A stretch of 63,617 bases of DNA, counting the filler, from Chrysochromulina tobinii (Eukaryota): the NCBI GenBank assembly GCA_001275005.1. It is 9 parts of 9 records of this genome, joined end to end, with 100 filler letters (N's around TTAATTAATTAA, not from the genome) between each part and the next. Parts side by side here need not be neighbours in the genome. Positions count along the whole stretch, not along the records: positions 1 to 5,581 come from JWZX01000599.1; positions 5,682 to 19,029 come from JWZX01000600.1; 7 more parts are not named here. The stretch is one strand, 5' to 3'. Position 1 is the first letter of the stretch; every line of letters starts with the position of its first letter. The translations under genes and the position numbers were made by a program. Below the pieces are notes generated by a model. The model worked only from the letters and a program-made list of their open reading frames with translations, had not been told where the DNA came from and made no database searches. This document shows positions 1 to 8,210 of this stretch, in pieces.

Positions 1-867
1 GCGTTCCGGCTGCATTAACTCAAAGAGATGCTCCACGTGCTTAGGCTGTCGCGTCTCACCGCCGCCGATGCCGACGCCGACGGTGCTCCTGGCAGCCGCG
101 GCGGTCTTAGTCATCAGATTGGTGCGCACACAGCTCCAGCACAGAGCACCGTGCCCGGTGGCAGGTAGGTGGAGCTCGTGCCACCACCACTGCGGCTGAG
201 CGTCGTCTTGAGCGCGCGCTTGACCTGTGCCTTGGCCGACCGGATCTGCTCGCGCCGCTCCGCTTTGCGCGCGTCGCAAGCGAGGAGATCGACGACGACG
301 ACGATGATGATGATGATGATGGGAGCTGTCGAAGAGCACACTCGTGGTTCCCTTTTCAAATGCCATCGAGGGCTCCTCCCCATCAGCCCCCGGCGACGCT
401 GCGGACCTGCATGGAGGGCGGCGGCGGCTAAGGCGATGGAAGAGGGTGGAGGTGGCGGCGGCGGCGGCGATGGATGGCGGGACAGGGGCTGGCGAAGGCG
501 GCGGCGGCAATGGCGGTGCCGAGGGTGGCGGTGATCAAGGTGGTGTGGAAGGCGGAGGTGGGGAGGGCGGCGGCGAGAGGGGTGGCGATGAGGGCGGTGG
601 CGGAATAGGTGGCGGTGGCGAGGGTGGCTGTGAGGAGAGAGGCGATGGCATTGGCGAAGTCGACGGCGGCGATGGCGGCTGAGGCGGCGGCGGCGGTCGA
701 GTCAAGGGAGGCTGTGGCGAGGGCGGCGGTGGCGGTGTCTGCGGTGGCAGTGGTGGGGGCGACGACTGTGATAGTGTCGGGTGTGACGGAGGTGGTGGCG
801 GAGGTGGTGGTGGTGGTGGCGGTGGTGGCGATGTCGGTGGTGATGATGGCGGAAGTGGTGAGCACTT

Positions 868-1420
868 GCATGCAGCGAGTGGCCCAGCAGCGACGCGACC
901 TCCCCAACGGCCATGGCCTCGTCATTGGACACGAAGACCTGTGAGGAGGGGGGGGGCGCCGTGGTGAGCGCTTGCATGCCGACGAGCAGCACCCCGTTTG
1001 GACGCAGAGCTCCGGCCGGTTGGGTACCGGTATTACCCCGTAGAGCATCTTTTCGAGGTAGTCATGCCCGACGCGATTCATGACGAAGCCCTTGAGAGGC
1101 GGCACCGCGATCCGATCGCATGCGGCGACGGGCACGTCGTAGAGCACGAGCCCGAGCGAGTACAGAGCGGGCAAGCGCGTCGCGCGGCAGCTCACCAGCG
1201 GGCAGAGCACCCCCTGCTACCTATGGGGAAGGAGGCGAGGCGTCGTGGTGAGCAATTGCATGCAGCGCCGGTACAAGCAGAGCGCCGCCTGCCAGCTGCA
1301 TGGAATGAGGGAGACCATCAGTGGCAATCAGAATCAGAGGCAATCATCCAGTTCGGAGCACCACCTGCCACCTCGATCGCTCCGAGCGCGTTCAAATACT
1401 CCGCGGACAAGCCATGCGGC
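868..1420 (-). CDS. FAM91A1: FAM91A1-like N-terminal-domain fragment (exons ~1420-1372, 1220-1037, 938-~895; one 1-nt frameshift near 1170)
   Basis: Spliced translation ...ALYSLGLVLYDVPVAACDRIAVPPLKGFVMNRVGHDYLEKMLYG|VFVSNDEAMAVGEVASLL matches the FAM91 motif IAVPPLEGFVMNRV..DY.E.LLY.IFVSIDE. The gene appears truncated on both sides. Confidence 0.65.
939..1036 (-). other. Spliceosomal intron with CATGCAAG(C)GCTCACCACGGCGC core (family A)
   Basis: GTAATA...CCTCCTCACAG; removal joins KMLYG to VFVSNDE in the FAM91 frame; downstream exon starts GT. Confidence 0.8.
1221..1371 (-). other. Compound intron: family-B unit (1371-1296) followed by family-A unit (1295-1221)
   Basis: Units start GTGGCAGGTGGTGCTCCG and CTGGCAGGCGGCGCTCTGC, both copies of the downstream exon start GTAGCAGGGGGTGCTCTGC. 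They end ...CATGCAG and ...CCCCATAG. Confidence 0.75.
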
Positions 1421-1619
1421 CCCGCGACGTCCTTGCTGCCGCCCACCACGGCGCCCTCGTCATCGGCCCCGTCGGCGCCGAGCTCGTCCTCGTCATTGCT
1501 GGCTGCGTGGAGCACCGTCGTGGGCGGCGGGACGGGCCCTCCGGACGCGGTGCCCACCATGGCGACAGCCGCAGCAACGGCCCCGGAGGCGCCGTTGAGA
1601 GCAGCCGCGACAGACGGCA

Positions 1620-2200
1620 CGCGCCGCTCATGAGGACCGCCTGCCGCTCCAGAACCGCCTCAACCGCCATCCGACCGTCCGTCGTGTACCGCACGTTCGC
1701 GAGAGTGCAGCTCGGCCAGCGGCGCCGCACTCTCGCGCAGGCCCTCGCTGATGAGACGCGCCGCCTCGGCCGCGACAACGAGCCGCTCAGATCGAGCGTC
1801 GATAGGCTGGTGATAGCCTTGAGAAGCGCGCCCTCGCCGGCGCCCTCAGCCTCGCCCACCGCCTGGCCGCCCGCCGACACCGATTCGCTTGATTGCAGCT
1901 CGCCCACGGGCATCACGCACTCACCGAGCCTCAGCGTCAGCAGCGCGCGGCACGTCAGAACGAGGGGGAACGCCTCGTCCGCGACCACCTCGAGTTCGCC
2001 GAGGTCGACGTGGCGCAGGTGCGCGCGCCGCGAGCGTGAGCACGCTCTGCACCAGGTCGGCATGGCACCTCGGGGCCGAAGACGCTCCCATCCGAGCCGG
2101 GGCTCAGCCCGCTCAGCCGCAGCTCGGCAACCGGCGCCGCGCTCGCTCTCAGGCCCTCGAAGTCCGCACCAGCGCCGCCGGCGGGCACAGTTGGTGTGTG
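1620..2200 (-). pseudogene. LRR-like coding fragment with several frameshifts
   Basis: LRHVDLGEL, LLTLRLGEC and LSTLDLSGS are LxxLxL-type motifs, but they need frame changes to connect. Confidence 0.3.
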
Positions 2201-2512
2201 AACAAGCACACAGGCGAGTGAACAGGCACAGGAGGCGTGTGAAAAGGCACGGTCGGCGGCGGCATTGACGTACTCGGCGCAATAAGCGCCGCTGTTGTGG
2301 GCGCTGTTTCACTGCCGGGCAACGGCGGCGGCGGTGGGGGAGCAAGCGGTGCAAGGCCCCCGGGCAACGGCGGCGGTGCGAGCGGCGGCGGTGCGAACAG
2401 GGGCGGCGCGAGCGGCGGCGGTGCGAGCAGCGGCGGCGCCGGTTGCTTCTTCAGCTGCTCAAGCTCCGCCTTCAGCTTCGTCAATGCGGCCTCCTTTGCG
2501 CTGATTTCACAC

Positions 2513-2605
2513 TTAAGCGCGCCCACCACTTCGACGTTCAGAGCGCCCGCCATATCCTTCACTCCCGCCTCGGCCGCCTCGACTGCCGCCGCCGCCGCCG
2601 CCACT

Positions 2606-2643
<38 letters not shown>

Positions 2644-4015
2644 TGCCGCTACTCACGGCAGCGCCCTCGTGTGCGCCAGAGGCGACGAGCACTAGGGCGG
2701 CTGAGAGGTCAGCCAGAGCAGCCTCCAGTGACGCCTCGTCGTTCGCGGTGAGCAGGCTGAGCCCGTACGTGTGCGGTGCGCGTACCTGTGGGGAGAGGAG
2801 AGCGAGGCGCCGTTGTGAGCACTTGCATGCGGCCTCCCTGACGCGAGGCGCCGTTGTGAGCACTTGCATGCGGCCTCCCTGACGCGAGGCGCCGTTGTGA
2901 GCACTTGCATGCGGCCTCCCTGACGCGAGGCGCGCGGCGATCCATCCCTGACGTACCGCGGGAGCGATCCATCCCAAGATCAGCAGCTCGGCAGCCAGCG
3001 TCGAGACTCCGAGGGACGCGTCGTTTCGAGCACCTCCGAGGAACGCGTCGTGTCGAGCACCTCCGCGTGACGCGTCGTGTCGAGCACCTCCGAGCGACGC
3101 GTCGTGTCGAGCACCTCCGAGGGACGCGCAGATGACGAGCAGCGCACTCGGCAGTGCCGCCGCGTGGTTCGTCAAGGCGCCCAGCACCTTTTCGCACGCA
3201 GACAGCAGCGCGCTGCCGGCGCCGGCGCCGGCCCCATCCTCGCCCGCTGCACTGACGTCGACATTGCTGCTACCCCCTGCGTCCATCTCAGCGGCGGCGA
3301 TGGCGTCAAGGAAGGTCTCGAGCACGCCGCTCAGTGAGCGATGCAGGAAGCGGCGCGCGGAGGGGAGCCGACAGAGGTGCTCGGCGAGCAGGTGCCGGAG
3401 GAGCGGGCTGGGCCACGGCGCCGACTCAACGTCTGCAAAGTCGGGCGGTGCCGCCGCCGGTGATGCGAGGTGAGGGGCTGCAAAGTCGGGCGGTGCCGCC
3501 GGTGATGCGAGGTGAGGGAGGCGTTCGAGTTCGCAGAGTGCCACGACGGCGGCGCGCTGGCGCCGCTCGTCGCCCGGATTGAGCGGATCGAAGAGGGCGC
3601 TGGCCGCTTCGGCGAGGCACGCCGCCTCCTCCTCCGCCAGCCCAGGGGCCGTGCGAGTGCTCTTCTGAACGAGCAGCCACGCGAGCACCGTAGGCTCACG
3701 CATGAGGTGGATGGCGCGCATGATCCAGCGCAGATGCGGACGTAGCACGGCCGGCAGACTGGGCGCCGGGAGCCGTGGCGGTGTCGGCGACGCACCAGAG
3801 CCCGCCGGCTCCAGCAAGGGCGTAGTCGGCGGCAAACGGCACGGCTTTCCGAGGCAGCTGAGCAGTCGCTCCACCGTCAGCCGCAATCCGACGGCCTCCT
3901 CGCCCAGCCGCACGAGTGTAGCTTCGAGGTTCTGGATCGCGCGATCCTCGCAGCCGACGAGCACGTCGAGGTGCTGCAGGGTCACGGCCGCAGCACGCCA
4001 GGAAGAGACGGCCAT
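2513..4015 (-). CDS. Degenerate RasGAP-like domain protein (intron 2786-2956); may continue into a coiled-coil/Pro-rich frame at 2604-2149
   Basis: After splicing it reads ...ELLILGWIAPA|VRAPHTYGL, resembling the RasGAP FLRFICPAI.SP..YGL motif. It also has LPSALLVIC and four GGAR(H/N)DA(S/F)x 27-nt coding repeats. Confidence 0.5.
2786..2956 (-). other. Family-A intron containing three tandem 41-nt copies of the core
   Basis: GTACGT...CTCCCCACAG; 41-nt period on the + strand at 2802, 2843 and 2884; length 171 nt (in frame). Confidence 0.8.
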
Positions 4016-4132
4016 TGCCTTTCCAATCAGGGCAAGTCAGCATTTTTCGTTAAAAATGTGGCCGCTATTATTATAGCTAGAGCTATATAGCCATAGAAGC
4101 ACCACTTCCGGACCCGACATACACACCAGACC

Positions 4133-4179
4133 AGTGAGTGAGTGAGTGAGTGAGTGAGTAAGTGAGTAAGTGAGTGAGT
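4133..4179 (+). repeat. (GAGT)n microsatellite
   Basis: GTGAGTGAGTGAG... tandem array in the divergent intergenic region. Confidence 0.85.
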
Positions 4180-4368
4180 CTTTGTCAATTGTCACCAGAC
4201 CAAACACAGGCTCGCGGGTGCGGGAGCTCCCAGTTTTAAAACGGGAGGCGAACGCGCACCGACTTCCCTACCAGTGCCGAAGCACATGTACGATGTAGTC
4301 GCGGGCAGTGGTGTCGTGTTAACATTCACAGTGCCACGTTGCGCGTCGTCTGCGCGTCTGTCCGTGGG

Positions 4369-5365
4369 ATGGCGACTTCTCCGCAGCGGCCAGCCACCCC
4401 TGCCCCTCCACCGCTTGCGACGCTGCACGAATGCATTATTGCCCTCAAAAGGGCCCGCGAAGTTTCGGCGGAATCCGTCTCGGAGGTGAACCGGCTGCAC
4501 GGCAAGCTTCCGCGCATCCTTCCGCAGAACGAAGCTGACCGCGTGCGCGTCGTCGCGGAGCTCGACGCCGTCTACCGGCGAGCGATCCGCGATGCGCAGC
4601 TCGAGCGCGAGGCCGCGCTGCGCACGAGCCGAACTCTCGAGTACCTTGCCAAGCGCGACGGCGGCTCGGGCCGCTACTCGTCGCTCTCGCCTGTGCGCCG
4701 CGCCGATGACGAGGACGACGCTGGCGACGATGCTGGCGGCACAGCGGCCGACGAGGACAATCGCGCGCACGAGCCCTCCGAGTCTGGGTACGGCGTGCCG
4801 GCCGGTGCCGCGGCCGGCGGCGGTGATGACGGCGAGAGCGAGCCGAGCGAGGCTGGCTTCGGCGGGCGCGCCGTCGGACGTGTGGTCGACGAGGAGGGCT
4901 GGGACGAGGAGGAAGAGGACGAGGAGGAAGAGAACGAAGAGGACGAAGAGGACGAGGAGGACGAGGACGACGAGGAAGAGGAGGAAGAGGAAGAGGAGGA
5001 AGAGGACGAGGAGGAGGGAGTGGGAGGAGGGTGAGGGGGAGGAGGAGGGAGACGCGATGGAAGGGAGAGCAGACCTAGACAGTGACGGCAGCAGCAGTAG
5101 CGGTGGCGGCAGCAGCAACGGCAGCAGCGGCAGCAGCGACAGCGGCGGCACGCGGCACGCGGCGACCTCCTTGGAGGAGGTTGTGTCGTCGCACCAGGCG
5201 AAGTTGCAGGCAATGAACGTCAAGGAGCTCAAGGCGGAGGGCACAAAGAGCAACGTCGACCTGAGCGGATGCGTTGAGAAGAGCGATCTGGTCGCGCACC
5301 TCAGCGCCGCGTATGCCGCAGCCAAGGCTGGGAAGCTCGCTCGCGAAAGGTATGTCCCTTATTAG
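4369..5365 (+). CDS. Acidic protein with C-terminal SAP/ARMET_C-like domain; 1-nt frameshift near 5015
   Basis: ORF 4339-5034 (E/D-rich) continues in the frame ending 5365 with MNVKELK...LSGCVEKSDLV. The shift lies in a GAGGAGGGAG purine run. Confidence 0.55.
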
Positions 5366-5581
5366 CATAGTAAGATGCTAAAAACGTGTATCCATTCACA
5401 GGATTCCGTTCACAGAGCTTGAGCGCCCCAAACGAACAGTGTGTCGATTCAACTGACCCTTTCGCAAAGAACGAACAGACGTCCCCCCGTCTGTCCGGTT
5501 TCTTCTGTGTCAGATTTGTCTTCTCGCCGAGGAGCTCGGTAACAATGAAGGGCGGTTGGGCTGGGGCGAAGGTATCTTCTG

Positions 5582-5681
5582 NNNNNNNNNNNNNNNNNNN
5601 NNNNNNNNNNNNNNNNNNNNNNNNNTTAATTAATTAANNNNNNNNNNNNNNNNNNNNNNNNNNNNNNNNNNNNNNNNNNNN
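5582..5681. other. Artificial contig-joining spacer (N44-TTAATTAATTAA-N44); same spacer at 19030-19129, 37757-37856, 41430-41529, 45943-46042, 50385-50484, 58907-59006, 61277-61376
   Basis: Identical 100-nt N-run with a six-frame-stop linker occurs eight times. Genes across spacers are not physically linked. Confidence 0.98.
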
Positions 5682-5726
5682 GCTGGACGACGACTTTGGC
5701 GTGCTCTTCGTCGCGCTGTCCTATCG

Positions 5727-7904
5727 GTGGCTCACGAAGGAGCACCCCGACGACGTCCACCTCGGCATCGTGGCGCCGGTCGCCGAGCTCTGCCTCAACC
5801 TGAGGGGGGCACCTCTTGGGGCGGCGGCAGCAGCCGCAGCCGCGCTGCTGAGGCCGAGGACGAGACGGCACAGGAGCTGCGCCGGCACAAGAGCGCCATC
5901 GAGGAGGCCTTTGCCGAGCTCCTCTGCCCCATCACTTTCTCGCTGCCCTTCGACCCGGTCATCGCCGAGGACGGAAAGGTGTACGAGCGATCGGCCATCG
6001 AGGAGTGGCTCAAGCAGCAGGGCAAGAGCCCGTTGACGAACTTGCCGATGGGCACGAAGCTGCTGCCGGCAATGCACGTCAAGAATATGATCCGTGTGAT
6101 GGTCGCCTCGGGCACTCTCACAGGTGACAAGGCGGACGAGTGGGAGCTGAGGCGAAAGGAGGAGGAACAGGCCGCGGCAGAGAAGGTTGCGGCCGAGAAG
6201 GCAGCGGCGGCGGCGGCTGAGAAGGCGGCGGCCTTGAGGGGGGCTGCTGATAGAGGAGACGACCATCAGCTTCGCAACCTGCTAAAGGCGGGGGCGGCAG
6301 TTGACGCAGCCGACGACGATGGCTGGACAGCCTTGATGCTCGCTGCCCAAAACGGCCACGAGCCCTGCCTTCTCGTCCTACTCGAGGCAGGCGCCGTCGT
6401 GAGCGCTCAGGACAACGCCGGATGGACCGCCTTGATGTTCGCTGCCCAAAGTGGCCACGAGCAGGTTGCTCATGTCTTCCTCAAGGCGGGGGCGGCCGTT
6501 GACGAAACCGAGGAAGACGGTTGGACGGCGCTCATGTTTGCTGCCCAAAATGGCCACGAGCGGTGTGCTCTCGTCCTGCTCGAGGCGAAGGCGGACCCAA
6601 ATAAGGCAGCGTCCGACGGCGTGACCGCCTTGATGTTCGCTGCCCAAAATGGCCACGAGCAGGTTGCTCTCGTCCTGCTCAAGGCGGGGGCAGCCGTTGA
6701 CGAAACCAAGGAAGACGGTTGCACGGCGCTCATGTTTGCTGCCCTAGATGGCCACGAGCAGGTTGCTCTCGTCCTGCTGGAGGCGGGCGCCGTCGTGAGC
6801 GCTCAGAACAACGCCGGCGTGACCGCCTTGATGGCAGCAGCCCGAAATGGCCACGAGCAGGTTGCTCTCGTCCTGCTCGAGGCAAAGGCGGACCCAAATA
6901 AGGCAAGGTCCGACGGCGTGACCGCCTTGATGCGGGCTGCGTCAAATGGCCACGAGCAGGTCGCTCTCGTCCTGCTCAAGGCGGGCGCCGTCGTGAACGC
7001 TCAGGACAACGCCGGCGTCACCGCCTTGATGATCGCTGCCGAAAATGGGAACGAGCAGGTTGCTCTCGTCCTGCTCGAGTCGGGCGCCGCCGTGAACGCT
7101 CATTCCAACAACGGCGTGACCGCCTTGATGTGGGCTGCCCAAGATGGCCACGAGCAGGTTGCTCACGTCCTGCTCGAGGCAGGCGCCGCCGTGAACGCTC
7201 AGAAAAATGACGGCAGGACCGCCTTGATGAGCGCTGCCTTAAAAGGCCACGAGCAGGTTGCTCTCGTCCTGCTCAAGGCGGGGGCAGCCATTGACCAAAC
7301 CGAGGAAGACGGTTGGACGGCGCTCATGTTTGCTGCCCAAAATGGCCACGAGCAGGTTGCTCTCGTCCTGCTCGAGGCGGGCGCCGCCGTGAACTCTCAG
7401 AACAACGCCGGCATGACCGCCTTGATTAGGGCTGCCCAAAGTGGCCACGAGCAGGTTGCTCTCGTCCTGCTCGAGGCAAAGGCGGACCCAAATAAGGCAA
7501 GGTCCGACGGCGTGACCGCCTTGATGCTCGCTGCCAAAAATGGCCACGAGCAGGTTGCTCTCGAACTGCTCAAGGCGGGTGCCTCGCTCAAGGTGGTGAG
7601 CATCAACAACTTTACGATGCTCATGGCGGCCAGCATCGGTGGCCTGACAACGTTGCTTGAGCGTGTGCTCCCGCAATCGGACATCGACGCTGCCGTCGTC
7701 GCCTCGCCGGGCGCCTCGCATGCTACAGAGGCAGGCTACACTGCGCTCATCTATGCGGCAAAGGCGGGCCAGCAGCACTGCGTCCACATGTTGCTCAGCG
7801 CCGGCGCGCGCAAGGAAGTGCAGACTGCCACGGGCAAGACCGCGCTTTCACTCGCTCGTGATAGTGGCCACACAGTGATCTGTGACTTGCTCGGCACCCT
7901 GTGA
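5727..7904 (+). CDS. U-box + ankyrin-repeat protein (putative E3 ubiquitin ligase); true start uncertain
   Basis: U-box motif LCPITFSLPFDPVIAEDGKVYERSAIEEWL...SPLTN, then 13 near-identical 33-aa G.TALM.AA..GHE ankyrin repeats plus degenerate ones. Confidence 0.9.
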   Translation: MAHEGAPRRRPPRHRGAGRRALPQPEGGTSWGGGSSRSRAAEAEDETAQELRRHKSAIEEAFAELLCPITFSLPFDPVIAEDGKVYERSAIEEWLKQQGKSPLTNLPMGTKLLPAMHVKNMIRVMVASGTLTGDKADEWELRRKEEEQAAAEKVAAEKAAAAAAEKAAALRGAADRGDDHQLRNLLKAGAAVDAADDDGWTALMLAAQNGHEPCLLVLLEAGAVVSAQDNAGWTALMFAAQSGHEQVAHVFLKAGAAVDETEEDGWTALMFAAQNGHERCALVLLEAKADPNKAASDGVTALMFAAQNGHEQVALVLLKAGAAVDETKEDGCTALMFAALDGHEQVALVLLEAGAVVSAQNNAGVTALMAAARNGHEQVALVLLEAKADPNKARSDGVTALMRAASNGHEQVALVLLKAGAVVNAQDNAGVTALMIAAENGNEQVALVLLESGAAVNAHSNNGVTALMWAAQDGHEQVAHVLLEAGAAVNAQKNDGRTALMSAALKGHEQVALVLLKAGAAIDQTEEDGWTALMFAAQNGHEQVALVLLEAGAAVNSQNNAGMTALIRAAQSGHEQVALVLLEAKADPNKARSDGVTALMLAAKNGHEQVALELLKAGASLKVVSINNFTMLMAASIGGLTTLLERVLPQSDIDAAVVASPGASHATEAGYTALIYAAKAGQQHCVHMLLSAGARKEVQTATGKTALSLARDSGHTVICDLLGTL

Positions 7905-8210
7905 CGTCACAATTCGGGGCACGGCGGCTCGTGGCTGGCTGTTATTGGTATCTACTGAGCGCGCGGAGCCGCTCTAAGTACCGGTACAGTGACTAGTGTC
8001 TGTCCATCGAGACTGAGGCAGTGGACTCCACGCTGTGAAATTGTGTAACCGCGGACGACCGGACGCAGCCTCGTGGTCTCGTGCCACTCGGTGCGGTGGG
8101 ACGCCCGCGGCGGCGCGCGGCAACCTCTAGCAGCACCCGCCCGACCGGCGGCGGCGCGTGTAACGTGTTCGCACGCACAGTTGCTCTGTGTGTCGATTTA
8201 TCTTGTGCAA

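Noticed and set aside
420..860. Gly-rich, Ala/Val-rich and Thr-rich ORFs in several frames
   Set aside because: Low-complexity GGC/GGT sequence is open in most frames, so no specific product can be supported.
2802..2930. 41-nt direct repeats as a CRISPR array
   Set aside because: Head-to-tail repeats without unique spacers, inside a spliceosomal intron of a eukaryotic gene; no cas genes.
5005..5035. Programmed frameshifting or RNA editing to explain split ORFs (also ~1170, ~1622, 35477, ~55915)
   Set aside because: These are single-base indels, mostly in short homopolymer or low-complexity runs, with no slippery-site pattern. Assembly error or decay is simpler.
5582..5681. Repeated TTAATTAATTAA palindrome within N runs
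   Set aside because: Artificial six-frame-stop linker used to concatenate contigs. It is not biological, and no gene clustering can be inferred across it.
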